Source of the DNA: Octopus vulgaris
Taxonomy: Eukaryota
Length of the DNA stretch: 64,000 bases
Direction of reading: 5' to 3'
Assembly (NCBI GenBank): GCA_951406725.2
Contig: OX597827.1
Coordinates: 81,282,001 to 81,346,000 of the forward strand
This document shows positions 1 to 12,951 of this stretch, in pieces. The position numbers and the translations under genes are program-made. The notes beneath the pieces were generated by a model that saw nothing but the letters and a program-made list of their open reading frames with translations, had not been told where the DNA came from and did no database searches. Each line of letters starts with the position of its first letter. Position 1 is the first letter of the stretch.

Positions 1-112
1 GGAAATCCTGTGCACTTTTATTAGATGTCTACATAAATATATACATGTATACATACGTTTGTCTATGTGTATATTTTTCAATTACATACAGGCACATATA
101 CACATACATACA

Positions 113-179
<67 letters not shown>

Positions 180-296
180 CCACACTTGAAAAAAGATTTT
201 CTTAAATTAATATAACTGTTAAATAAAAAAAATCATTAGCACAAACCTGATGGAAGAGAAGATGTGTATGTGTGAGTATGTGTCTGTATACACATA

Positions 297-340
<44 letters not shown>

Positions 341-403
341 GTATATATATATGTGTGTGTGTGTATACACATATTCATATATGTATGTATGTATATATAT
401 ATA

Positions 404-439
<36 letters not shown>

Positions 440-573
440 CACACACACACACTTATGTATGTATATACATAGGTATATATATTTGTATATATATATATAT
501 ATATAATCTTTGGAACTAATGAGTATATGTCAATAAAGACTAGTGCTAAATCTATATTCCATTTCCTTCCTCA

Positions 574-654
<81 letters not shown>

Positions 655-727
655 CACAAACACATGCACTCACATATGTATACACATACATATATGTATG
701 TGTGTATGTGCATAAATATCTTTGTGC

Positions 728-789
<62 letters not shown>

Positions 790-792
<3 letters not shown>

Positions 793-905
793 TCAGACTG
801 GGCCTGGTGCAGCCTTCTGGCTCCCAGACCCCAGTTGCACCGTCCAACCCATGCCAGGATGGAAAACGGACGCTAAACGATGATGATGATGATGATGATG
901 ATGAT
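790..905 (+). mobile_element. Family 2 retroelement 3' end with (GAT)n tail (RTE-tail type)
   Basis: gatcagactgggcctggtgcagcc..ccgtccaacccatgcc..ggaaaacggacgctaaac(gat)n; other copies near 11095, 16820, 19245, 21700, 24620, 25030, 27180, 44370, 52998, 56725, 59688 and 60075. Confidence 0.8.
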
Positions 906-1235
906 AATATATATATACATATAGACACACATATATATATATATATTTGTGTGTGTATGTATGTATACGCATGCACACACACACATATATATCTTTATTT
1001 ATTTATTTATATATATATACAAACACACATCTATATCTTTATATATTCTTATATACACTCACAGTGATGTACTCAGACTATGTACAGCTGTATGACTAAG
1101 AAGTTCTTACAATCTTTGCTTATGGTGTTCAGGACCAAAGCCTTTGTCGGTGAATTGGGCAGACAGAATCTGAAAGACACCTGCTGCATACATGTGTGCA
1201 TCTGCGTGTGTGTGTGTGTGAGAGAGTATGCATAC

Positions 1236-1269
<34 letters not shown>

Positions 1270-1801
1270 AATTATCTGTGTGTTTGTGTCTTAATGTCTT
1301 GGCATAGCATGAAAATTGTAAATGATTTTCACTGTCATACAAGCAGTGTAATTTGTTTCCAATCCTCAGTGAAAACATGTCTGGCCAGAGGGTGATATCA
1401 TCTTGCTTGAACAAAGGCAATGTTTCATGACAAGACAGCTGACCATAGAAAATCTGTTTCAGCAAATTATGTTTGACTGATGCAATCACAGAAATGTAGA
1501 TGTTAAAATGAGGATGCTGATGATGCTGGTGATGACAATGACGATGATTCCTCAGGCTTCATTACAGTCTCCAGTCCAGTGCATAGCAGTGACACATGAC
1601 CCTGATGGGGATATTCTTTCTTTGATCCCTGCATCACAACACCAAACATCTACACCCAATCCATTATATAATTTTGTTCACTGAATGTTTATACACAGTG
1701 TGACCTTATTCAGTGACCCTTATAAGGGCCACTGAAATGAAATAGGCTTAGGGATGATGCCTTGTGGTATACCGGTCATTATTGCAGATATTTCAGGTAG
1801 G

Positions 1802-1835
<34 letters not shown>

Positions 1836-1984
1836 TTGTTTTGCAAGATTCTTGATGTGAAATCGTGTTTTGAAACAGATGTCCTTGTAATTAGGAATGG
1901 TTTATTGGCTAAACTGGCAAAATGACCATTCCTAAATACAACAATAATATATATATATATATATATTTTTCAGTATGTGACCTC

Positions 1985-2180
1985 GTGAAGACCACTTGCA
2001 TTTTTTTTCCCTCTGTCCTCCCACCTCGGGATCTTTCTTTCTCCTATGTTTCCGACGAAGAGCTCCGCTCGAAACGTCATACCCTCCTTCTTCCCTTAGC
2101 GTCCAATAATACTTTATTTGTTCCACATCCTCGTGTTGTTGTCTTTTTGTTTTCTTGTTTGGATTAACTTTATATAGATA
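1985..2180 (+). mobile_element. Penelope-pLTR-like short element (family A) with hammerhead-like motif at 2046-2085
   Basis: gttt-CCGACGA-a-gagc tcc gctc-GAAA-cgtc; same family as 56335-56490; ends in (TA)n. Confidence 0.6.
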
Positions 2181-4081
2181 TACATGTCTGTTGGGCAACA
2201 CCTTTTCACTTCAGTCTTTGGAGAAATCAAACACAAAGACAGAGAAAAGAGGTCACATTGTTGTCAACATCTATTTTGCTCCTATAACTATTAATGACGA
2301 TGATGATGATTATGATGATGATGCCTATGGTGATGGTGGTGATAATGATGATTATGATGATAATGATGGTGGAGGTGATGTTGATGATGCCTATGGTGAT
2401 GGTGGTGGGGTGATAATGATGAGAATAGGGATGATGATGGAAATGATGATAGTGATTGCCATGGTAATGGTGTTGGCGGTGGTGGTGGTGGTGGTGTTGT
2501 AGCTACAGCTGCTGATTCTAGTGGTGACATGAGGCAGGGAACCTTGACATCAATGATGGATGAATCAAGCCTTACTTCTCCGATCAATACCAGACATAAC
2601 TAATCCATCAATCTTAGCTGTGAACACAGCATTACACCCTTACCCCTTGCCTGCTCACCCACCTCACCAACTCTTACAATTGAAATCCTTCCTAAATTTA
2701 ACACCCAACCCCACTACTACCACCACCACCATTTCCACTACGACCTCCACCTCAACCGTCACCACCAGTATTATTTTACTGCTGCTGCTACTGCTACTAC
2801 TACCACCACCACCACCACATCCACCACCACCACCACTACCACATCCACCACCACCACCACCACTACCACTACTACTAGCTGCTGCTGCCACTACTATCGT
2901 CCCGACCGACACCACCAAGTCTTTGACTTGTCTGTAAGTAACTCAAGGCGGCCCCTTACACCATAGGCAACTGTCTGTCTGTGTGTCTTGGCACTGGGTA
3001 CTTGGGTTCAATTCTGCCAACAGTTGTGAATTTGTCTGAATTATTTCCCACCCTGATGTTGAGGACACATTGATGCTTTTGGTAGGGACCCCTCCTGGGT
3101 CCTCCTGACACAGTCTCTTGGTTGTCGTTGCTATTTAGCTGTAGCTCATCCCTGGTTCAGTGGCCTCATTACCTAAGATGTTCCCACTATAACCTTCCAG
3201 TTTTTCATTCCGGCATAGTATATCTAGGACTCCATTATCCAACATGGGCTTTCATTTAATCAAGTGTTAGGGAGATTATCATGCTATTTTTAGCAGTAGC
3301 CATTGCACTACACACAGTCTCCCTTCCTGGGCCTCCTGATGGGGTTGCCTTGGTGGCTACTCCTAGAAAATCCTTTATTTCATTCTCTTTCTAGATTCCA
3401 AAGATTAATTCCAGTGTCGTTCCTCGTCTTTTATTAAAGCAAAATAAAAGACACAATGCATTTATTTTTGCACTCATTTACTGGTTTCACTCACCAGGCT
3501 ATGGCCATACTGGGGCAACTCTCTCAACAGTTTTAGTCAATCATATTGATTTCAGCCTGGTTCATATATTATTGGTTATCATTTATTGAACAACAAAGTT
3601 TTTGACATGAAGCAGGGGTCTTGTTTTACATTGGTAAGCACAAACACATGCATGCACACACACACACACACACACACAGACTCATGCGCATACGTACACA
3701 ACTGGAGGAAGTTAAAAAGAAGTGTTCTATATTTAAGGGAAACAAAAGAGGATGAAGTGGAAGGGATAAGACATGGAATTGTGGCTGTGAGTTGGGGTTT
3801 GTCAGTTTAGCCAAAATATTCAGAGATAGAGAACTTGAATTTGAAAAGGGGTGGAGTGAATGGGGTGTTCAAAGATAATGTTCATATTCAGAAGAACTGT
3901 CTGTGTGGTGAGTCTAAAACCAGAGATCCTCAACAGGGGGTCCATATGACCCTTGGGGTTCCATGTGGCCCTTAGTGGTCCACATAAGATTTTGTTGTTA
4001 AAACTTATCAGTAATTAATTGTATTTCTACAATACACAAAATATTTTGACATTTTTATATTCAATTTCCAATAATATTTAT

Positions 4082-4251
4082 GCAGGTGTGGCTGTGTGGT
4101 TAGTAGCTTGCTTACTAACACATGGTTTCAGGTTCAGTCCCACTGTTTGGCACCTTGGGTAAGTGTCTTCTACTATAGCCTCGGGCCGACCAAAGCCTTG
4201 TGAGTGGATTTCATAGACAGAAAACTGACAGAAGACCATCCTATTCTATAT

Positions 4252-4309
<58 letters not shown>

Positions 4310-4495
4310 TGCATATGTTTGTCTCCCCAACATCGCTTGATAATCGATGCTGGTGTGTTTACATCCCCATAACTTAGCAGTTCAGCAAAATGGGCTGATA
4401 GAATAAGTACGAGGCTTAAATAGAATAAGTCCATGGTTCGATTTCTTCGACTAGAGGCAATTAAATGAATAAAAGAATGAGAATAAAAAGAGAGT
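4082..4495 (+). mobile_element. tRNA-headed SINE family 1 (internal TG/TA microsatellite)
   Basis: gtggctgtgtggttagtagcttgc..ggttcagtcccactg..ccttgggtaagtgtcttctactatagcctcgggccgacc; more than a dozen full or partial copies in the window. Confidence 0.85.
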
Positions 4496-5330
4496 AAGAT
4501 TTTTTGTTCCTCCCAAATGTTCTGGAAGGTCCATCTGAGTAAAAGAGGAACCAAAAGCGTCTGTTGGGTAAAGAATAGTTGAAAACCCCTGATCTGGACA
4601 AATGGTCAGTGGTAGAGAGGTGGAGGGGAATGGGATGAGCTAAAGGAAGGAAGGAAGAAGAGATAAAGCTGAGATAAGGAAAAGGTGTAAAATAGCAAGC
4701 ACCTTTTACTCCATGGTTACCGTAGTCATAAATATACACACATGTGGTAAGTGTTAAATTAATGAACAATGTAGCTTTTAGTCTATAACGTGTATAATGA
4801 GGAGAAGTGGGGCCGTCATAGCAGCATTATGGGCCCCTGAGCAAACTATTGCACAGGGACTACAAGTATTTATTTGTTGACAGCCAGGTGGCACTGAAGA
4901 CAGGGAGTACATGACAAAGCGTTTGTTGTGGACAGTTATAATTAGCAGACGAATGCAGTAAGTGTGAAAGTAAAGGTTTAATATCTATTCAATAATCCCT
5001 CAACTACCACGGGGGTTACATTCTAAAAAATCGCCCACAAATAATTAAAATCTAAAAAAACATATATACCTATCAGCTCAGAAACCTGGATATACAGAGA
5101 AGACTGTGATATAAATTTACAAATATTCGCCAGAAAAATCCACAATGTACTGAGTGAGTGATAGGTGAACCCCGATGTACTGAGTGTAAGGTAGATGAAC
5201 CGTGGTTTTGCAAGGGATTACTGATAATTGATATGGATGATACAGTTCTCTATTTAAGAGATGAGGAATTATGTACATTATTTACATTATTTACATTCAA
5301 CAGATATTTGTCCTCATCTTGTTTGCTGTT

Positions 5331-5376
5331 AACACAACGTTTCGGCTGAAAACCCCTCCAGCCTTCATCAGGTGTC
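5331..5376 (-). ncRNA. Minimal type I hammerhead ribozyme (intact core)
   Basis: Minus strand GACAC-CUGAUGA-A-GGCUGGA GGGGUU UUCAGCC-GAAA-C-GUU^GUGUU: helix I GACAC/GUGUU, helix II GGCUG/CAGCC, loopless palindromic helix III (ACGU). Confidence 0.8.
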
Positions 5377-5563
5377 TTGGGGAAGTTTCAAACCTGGGTT
5401 CTCATTCCTAATGTATTTTTCAATGGCGTAGTGGTTAAGAGCATGGGCTACAAACCCCAAGATTCTGTGTTTGGTTCCAGTCAGTGACATGAGTAATAAT
5501 TATAATAATAACAACATCGAAAAATACCTTAGGAATGAGAACCCAGGTTCAAAATTTCCCCAA

Positions 5564-5609
5564 GACATCTGATGAAGGCTGGAGGGTATATCAGCCGAAA
5601 CATTGAGTT
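5564..5609 (+). ncRNA. Minimal type I hammerhead ribozyme (mutated copy)
   Basis: gacat-CTGATGA-a-ggctg gagggtatat cagcc-GAAA-cattgagtt; core intact, substitutions in helices I and III. Confidence 0.7.
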
Positions 5610-6104
5610 AACAACAAACAAGATGAGGACAAATATCTGTCAAATGTAAATAATGTAAATAATGTAATATGGATGAGTATAAATGTAGGAAGAGAGATAA
5701 GAAAGGCACTGAAAGGTTTAAAGTTTGTGCATTTGATGAGGATATGAAGAACTGTAAGAGTAAATATAATAATTAGGTAAAACTTGATGAAAGAAGTTTG
5801 AATGAGATGTGTAGTAATTTATTTAATTAAGGAAGGTTGTGGTAAACAGGGGATACTGCTTGAGCTAATTTTTTGAATTAAGGGATAGAATTGATAAGGA
5901 TGTCAGAAATGCATGTAAGAGAAAAGTGATCTAGTTTAATGTGAGGAACAGAGGAGGATATGAGGCGACTAATTACACAAGGAGCCTAGTATTTATGTGG
6001 GTGTGAGTTGTGTGGATAGGTTCAAAGCATGACACATAAATTTATGGTCAAATTGGAAAGTTTTGAAGAATCTGGGAAAGAAAGTGGTAATAGCTTCACT
6101 CTGG

Positions 6105-6650
6105 TGGTTCAATGGAAGTTATGCATTAAGATCTGCATGGCTTCTTTTAAAAATAAATTACATGGAAAATTATTGCTCTGATATGATATTTCAGCATTGA
6201 TGATAGACCAAGTAATACTACATGGTTATTGAGTGAGGTAGATGCATTGTGTTTAGCAGAGGTAAATGAACTAAGGTGAGCTAAATGTTAACACTTAAAG
6301 TTAACGGTAGTGCCAATGTATATTTTAGTGGAGTTGTTTTTTTTGGACAGTGTACTTATAAGCTATGTTGTATCTACAGCAATTACCTTTCAAGAGGCAA
6401 TTATCTGGTATCCTACAGTTGCATTACTTCCTATTGGATGTACTTTTACTATGCTTAGTATTGCTATTGTTAGTTTATTGTTACTATTATTAGAAACAAA
6501 ATCAGTTAAATCAGTCATGTCTAATTTATTTCCCCCATATTTGCTACATTCCAGAATATTCTCCATATTATTATTTGAGCGTGGTTAAGTTTTCTCCTTG
6601 CTGAGATTAGAGTTGTTTTCTGTGTTGTTATATTTTATAATTACTCTTCC
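6105..6650 (-). mobile_element. Penelope-like element GIY-YIG endonuclease remnant
   Basis: Manual minus-strand translation across frameshifts: CNCRIPDNCLLKGNCCRYNIAYKYTV / STKIYIGTTVNFK*..HLSSF..STSLNNHV / SITWSIINAEISY..CNLFLKEAMQIL. Confidence 0.7.
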
Positions 6651-6700
6651 TGTAATTCTTATAAGTCATGTTATTCCTGAGATTATTTTCATTCTAACCA

Positions 6701-6738
<38 letters not shown>

Positions 6739-6764
6739 GTAATGATGATGATGATGATGATGTG

Positions 6765-7600
6765 GGTAGAAGACCTCACAATAGCAATGAACAGAGGACT
6801 GGATGCTGCAAACATGAAAGCAGCCAAAAGTCACATTCTATTGTCGAAGAAGCTTGCAAATTCACAAGGAAACTTGGCATTAACCCTGAATTAGGTAAAG
6901 AAGTTGAAACTACTACCACCAACTAAGCAAAACGGGTCAAGTAGACTTCAAAAAAGTAGAGATAAATTGAGGAGCAGTGGAGCCAGAAACCTTTGCAAGG
7001 ACAGTATATACTTGGAAGTCAAAATGCTGATGTTGATCAAGCAATGACCCATCAGTGTCTGAGAAGGTCAAGACTGAAAGCAGAGACTGAGGGTTTCATA
7101 TTAGCAGCACAAAGCTTGTTTGCCAAAATCTACCAGCTAATGTTCTTCAAACGGTTCTGATCCTAAACGCAGATTCTGTGACACATTTGACAAAACAATA
7201 GACCATCTCATCTCTGGATGTCTTGTGCTTACACCAAACGAATACAAAAATCGCCACAATGAAAAATATGTAAACACTACAAAATCAGCACTCCTGTTTA
7301 CTTGTATGAACATCATGCTGAACCAATCGCTGAAGATAAAAACGTCACATCTGTAAAAGAATTTGACAAATTAAGTAAATATAAGGGCCTGGAAATTGAA
7401 ATACAAAAGATGTGGCATCTTAAAGCAAGAACTGTTCCTGTTTTTGTAGGTGCCCAAAGTATGATAAAAAAGGGATGTCAGAAACATCTAGAAATCATCC
7501 CAGGAGAACCATATCTCAGAGAAATCCGAAAGATTGTGCTGACAATTACTACCTACATCCTTAGAAAAACCCACCCAGTCTAAATGACTGTGTTGTATTA
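6765..7600 (+). mobile_element. RLE-type non-LTR retrotransposon (R4/Dong/NeSL-like) 3' remnant
   Basis: LKAETEGFILAAQ; decayed zinc knuckle RFCDTFDKTIDHLISGC; KLSKYKGLEIEIQKMWHLKARTVPVFVGA; stops, frameshifts and a deletion of the PD motif. Confidence 0.8.
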
Positions 7601-7764
7601 CATGAAGATATTTCATTACTGCCCCTGCTACTTCCCCTCCCCAAGCTTTTACTCATACTGTAACATCTCTTATCCTTTACTTGCCCCAGGATGCTGGGTG
7701 TGTCACGGCATGTGATTGTAAGAAACATGCAAATTAAAAGTAAATGATAATAACAATAATAATG

Positions 7765-7858
7765 CCGAAATGTTGGGTTAACAACAAACAAGATGAGGAC
7801 AAATATCCAGCAAATATAAATAAAGTACATAATTCTTCATCTCTTAAATATAGAACAA
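7765..7858 (+). mobile_element. 3' fragment of the 5241-5666 element family
   Basis: gccgaaatgttgggttaacaacaaacaagatgaggacaaatatc...catctcttaaatatagaac matches 5594-5666 and the reverse complement of 5245-5345. Confidence 0.75.
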
Positions 7859-9272
7859 CAATAATAATGGTTTCAAATTCTGTTGCAAGGGCAGCCATTT
7901 TAGGGGAGGGGATGAAATGATTACATCAACCCCAGTATTCAACTGGTACTTATTTTATTGACCCTGAAAGGATGAAAAGCCAAGTCAACCTCAGTGGAAT
8001 TTGAACTCAGAACGTCAAGGCATTTCGCCCAGTGTGCTAATGATTCTGCCAGCTCGCTGCCTTAATAATAATAGTAAAAATAATAATCATGAAAAGTAGG
8101 AGTGGAGAAGCATCATAGCCATGTATTGAGAGGAATTCTTTGGGGGAAATTCTTTAGAAAGATGTGTATTTTTCATCATCCTAAATACATCTCTTATTCA
8201 GGGAACTTTGGAGCAGGACTGGCAGCTTGTTCTGATGGAAATTCTACCTGAGCTCCACCTGAAAGGTCATGCTCATGCACTGTGTGTCGTAATATGAGAT
8301 CACCATGTTGCACACATATCATTGAGCTGTAATTGACTACTCCCCTCCCCACAAAATTTGAGGCCCTGTGCCTCCAGTAGAAAGGATTATTATTATTATT
8401 ACTATGGCTAAGCTGGCTCCTGCTGCTAGAGTTTCCTTTACTGTTATTCAGTCTTCTATCTGAGTCATGGTTATTATTATTGTTATAGGTAGTGGGGGGG
8501 GGGGGAGTTGTAAAGGCTAAGTTTGCATCTTTTGGAAGCTGTTAGAAGGAATCCGATATTAGGTGTGGTTGAGTATGGTAGTTTAATTGTGGAAATATTG
8601 AAAATTGAGTGGTATTTATGTTGGGGGCATTAAATTTAAACATACATACATACATGTGTGTGTGTGTGTGTAAGTGTATTTTTATGTATGTATATGTGTG
8701 TGTGTGTATACGTATATATAAATATAAATGTACATGAATGAGTGTGTATATTTATACATGTGTGTATCTTTAAATACATGTATGTATATATGGGCCTCTT
8801 TCTTCTCCCTCTTCCTCTCTCATTCAACCCACACTCCTCCCCTTTCTCCTCTTTTCATTAAGGTCACTAAAATTGCCTAAATTTACTTCTCAGTGGGAAA
8901 GAATGGGTTTCCTAGCAACAACACCAACATTAATTACAATAAAGAGGATAATGACAATGATGGTATTGATGGTGGTGGTGGTGGTGGTGGTGGCGATTTG
9001 ATGGTTTAAGACGTATGGCTATGGAATCTGTGTATTTTTGTGTTTATGTGTTTGTGTGATGTAGAAGACAAACCAAATGAGAGGGAGAGAGAGAGAGAGA
9101 GAGGGAGAGAGGGAGAGAGAGGGAGGGAGAGAGAGAGAGGGAGGAGAGAGAGAGAGAGGGAGAGAGAGAGGGAGGGAGAGAGAGAGAGAGAGAGAAACAA
9201 ACGGACATTTACATGGTGGTGACAATGATGATGATATGGAGGAGGACAGCTGTGATGATAATGATGATGATT

Positions 9273-9510
9273 AGGGCAGTGAGCTGGCAGAATCGTTAAC
9301 ACGCCAGGTGAAATGCTCAGCGGTATTTCATCAGCTGTTACGTTCTGAGTTCAATTTCTGCTGAGGTCAACTTTGCTTTTCACCATTTCAGAGTCAATTA
9401 GATAAATACCACTTATGCAGTGGGGTCGATATAATCAACTTAATCCCTTTGTCTGTCCTTGTTTGTCCCTTCTATGTTTAGCCCCTGTGTTGAAAATAAA
9501 TAAATAAATA
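9273..9510 (+). mobile_element. tRNA-headed SINE family 3 (Meta/Deu-like central domain)
   Basis: gagctggcagaatcgttaac..gagttcaatttc..gaggtcaactttgcttttcacc; other copies near 7870 (-), 32000 (-), 35715 (-), 51013 (+) and 58455 (-). Confidence 0.75.
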
Positions 9511-9667
9511 TTGATGACGATGATGACAACAATGATCATAATGTGGATATGGATGATGATGATGATGGTTATGATGATGATGACGGGGAGGTGGATGTTA
9601 ATGATGATGTCCATCACCTAGTTTGTGACTGTTATCTGTAAAATTGTCACTTAAACTCAATATTGGA

Positions 9668-9705
<38 letters not shown>

Positions 9706-9708
9706 CCA

Positions 9709-9742
<34 letters not shown>

Positions 9743-10525
9743 CTCCATGCATGTGTATATATATATATATTACTTATACAAATATACATTATGCACAAAT
9801 ATGAGGTATATATACATATATATATATGTGTGTTTGTGGGTGTATATATATATATTTATATACACTATATGTCAACATAGTTGATAGCAAATATCACATG
9901 TCCAAATTGTCCAAAGACTCAACCAGAACAATGCATTCTGTAGCAGCTGTTTGCCTGTGATTTAACTGTCATTTAGATTGTGACTTCCTGTCTTGTGTCT
10001 GTATCAAGTGACATGTCTAGCCGTCATTAGTCCAGCTACACAAAAATACAATATTGAATCTAATATTGATAACTCTGGCTAAAAGCAAGGCTGGCAAGAA
10101 AAAGTTGAGGTGTGTTAATGAGGAGAGGAAATGTTTAATTAGAAGTTATGGAAACAGGTTGATGCAGAGAGAGAGTGAGTGGGGGGCAAGGTGAGATTTG
10201 ACAAGTGATGAAACAAGAAGGTGAAGAACTCTAAAAAAAATGGTAAATCTGCATTGATTCAGGGAGGCAAATAGCAAGAAAGGGTAACGGAATGATGGCT
10301 GGAATGAAGTGTATTCTGTCTTTGAGAATGGGAGATTGGAACTCAAGCTAAATTCTGCAATGCATCAGGACAATTTGATACGTCTGTAATCATTTCTATT
10401 CAAGGCATCATCTTTACTTTTGTAGCAGATGACTATAGTGCTGATACACCTGTCCTTGGACATGATTAATTTGTGAACCACCTGATTTACAATATGGGTG
10501 GCTGGACAGATAATTTAAGCAAGTC

Positions 10526-10561
<36 letters not shown>

Positions 10562-10766
10562 CTCCCCACCATCATTTGACGACCAATTTTGATGTGTTTA
10601 CGACCTTGTAACTTAGCAGTTTGGCAAAAGAGCCCGATAGAATAAGTACTAGACTTACAAAGATTAAGTCCTGGGGTTGATTTGTTTGGCTAAAACGCTT
10701 CAAGGTGACACTCCAGAATGGCCACAGCCAAATGACTGAAACAAGTAAAAGAATAACTATGACATA

Positions 10767-10805
<39 letters not shown>

Positions 10806-11914
10806 TTGTCTTGATATCACTCAGCAGCTGTAAACGTGGCTCAGTCATACAAATGATGTTCATTTCCAGTCTCCTTGAAAAAAACATGTCAGATCCTAGG
10901 AGCTGTGTGTGGAGGGGTAGGGGGTGGGGTGAAATATTACCTTGCTTGGAAACAGTTGAGGGTTAGCAGCAGAAAGAGCATCCAGCCATACAAAATTTGC
11001 CTCAGTGAATTTGGACAAATGAAAGCAAGCATGAAAAAATGATGATGATGATGATGATGATTAACAAAAGGGTGTGACTTGATACATACACATCAGCATC
11101 ATCATCATCATCATTTAACATCTGTTGTCCAAGTTGGCATGGGTTGGACAGTTTGACCAGAATTAGCAATCTGGAGAGCTGCACCAGACCCCACTTTGAT
11201 GTGGCATGGTTTCTATGGCTGGATGCCCTTCCTAACACCAACCACTTTACAGAGTGGCACTGGGTGCTTTTACGTGGCACCATCATGACTGTTTTACACC
11301 ACCAGAGGGACTGGTCTTAACACTATGTACATATATAACCTACCTAAGACAGTAGGAAGTGATTTAAAAGTAAGTTGACTGCTATTTCTGTCAAGTCTAG
11401 CTACCATGTACAGGTTCCACTCGTTGAATCATACATACATATATACACACACATAAGACAATAGGATGTGATTTGAGGGAGATTTAGCTACCATTTCTAC
11501 AAGGTCTAACTACAAAGTAGGGGCCTCCCTCACTGGCTCATACAGACATCTATACATGAGACAATAGGGTGTAATTTGAGGGAGAGTTGGCTGCTACTTC
11601 TCATATGTGAAGCAATAGTCCACATTGACTCCCTTTGCGACTGATAGAGTTGCTATTATCGCAAAGTGTTTCGGGTTGACTTCTTCCAACATTACTGAAC
11701 CACAAGCATTCCTTTTTACCATTTCTCTACAACAGGCAGTTTGTAACACCCACGACTACACTTTCCAATGTTTATTTCAAGAATCCTTAAATTGTATCCA
11801 TCCACCATCTTTACTAAAACACTTTCTTGATCATTAAAACTGATAAAACGTCAAAGACTGTGTTTCTATTTATTGATCTTGTCTTGCTTTTTAATCTCTC
11901 AATTGATCAGAGCA

Positions 11915-11928
11915 GCGCCACCTGCCAG
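11915..11928 (-). promoter_or_regulatory. CTCF-like motif upstream of the protocadherin exon
   Basis: Minus strand CTGGCAGGTGGCGC(TG) versus core CCASYAGRKGGCRS, in non-repetitive sequence about 2.1 kb upstream. Confidence 0.4.
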
Positions 11929-12294
11929 AAAGCAAGAGAAGATAACTGCTATCACTCAGATCACTTCCAAACATTGCAATGATGTTGATCCATGAAAAAC
12001 GTGTTTAACAATCTTAATTTACTTTTTATATTTATTTAAATATTGTATAATTTTATAACTATTTTATAACTTTTTTATCACTTCCTGTATTTATCAGGAT
12101 GCTGTTGTGAAATGATGTATATATTGTTATGCATCAATGCATTACTCTCTCTTTCTCCCCCCCCCACTCTCTCTTTCATTATATATATATATATATATTT
12201 ATACACACACAAACACACACTCACACAATTCTCCTTTATATATTTTTTTGTATTCACTGTATTCCTTTTCTTCTCTTGTTTCTTGTAGCAATTA

Positions 12295-12297
12295 GCA

Positions 12298-12328
<31 letters not shown>

Positions 12329-12485
12329 TATTATCATCATCATCATCATCATTATTATCATTATTATTATTATTATTACTACTACCATTATTATTATCAT
12401 TATTATTATTATCATTATTATTATTATCATTATTATTATTATTATTGTTATTATTATTAGCCTTATTATTATTATTATTATTATT
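12295..12485. repeat. (ATT)n/(ATC)n microsatellite
   Basis: Direct reading. Confidence 0.95.
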
Positions 12486-12885
12486 CCTTAATGGTATCCT
12501 GTGTGAACACTTTATTTTTATTTCAGGAACGCATAAAGAATTTTGGATCAGTGTTTTTTGATCAATATCTGGTCCTTATAGGCGTAGAATCCCTTTCTTG
12601 TGGAACAACTCCCCACTCTCCATCCCTCTCTCCCTTTCTCTCCTCTTCTTCTCTCTCTCATAGTGTCTGCAACAAACCAAAGATAGGAATAGATGGTTTT
12701 TTTTTTTTTTGGTTAACGCCATGGTAACAGTTTTTATGGTGGTTGTGAAACATGGAACACACAGCGCTATATTTTTAGTCTGATGCTATCTCATGAATGT
12801 CACTTTTTGTTCTGCAAAACTGGCCAGAGTTGGGGCTTTGGAATCACTTCCGAAAGTTGTATGGCATTGTCTTGCATCCATGTAT

Positions 12886-12951
<66 letters not shown>

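Larger units (their letters stand above)
5241..5666. mobile_element. Non-autonomous tRNA-headed, hammerhead-bearing retroelement with inverted terminal copy and 10-bp TSD
   Basis: About 145-bp inverted arms (5274-5420 vs 5521-5666); tRNA-like head 5424-5488 (A box TGGCGTAGTGG, degenerate B box); flanking direct repeat ATATGGATGA at 5231-5240 and 5667-5676. Confidence 0.8.

Noticed and set aside
202-1067. [12 protein letters not shown] ORFs here and throughout the window
   Set aside because: Translations of (TA)n, (CA)n and (TG)n repeats
11299-11312. CTCF-like CCACCAGAGGGACT
   Set aside because: Lacks the conserved GGC end of the core and abuts repeat sequence
12129-12491. Poly-Ile membrane-protein-like ORF (similar at 37900-38200)
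   Set aside because: (ATT)n microsatellite
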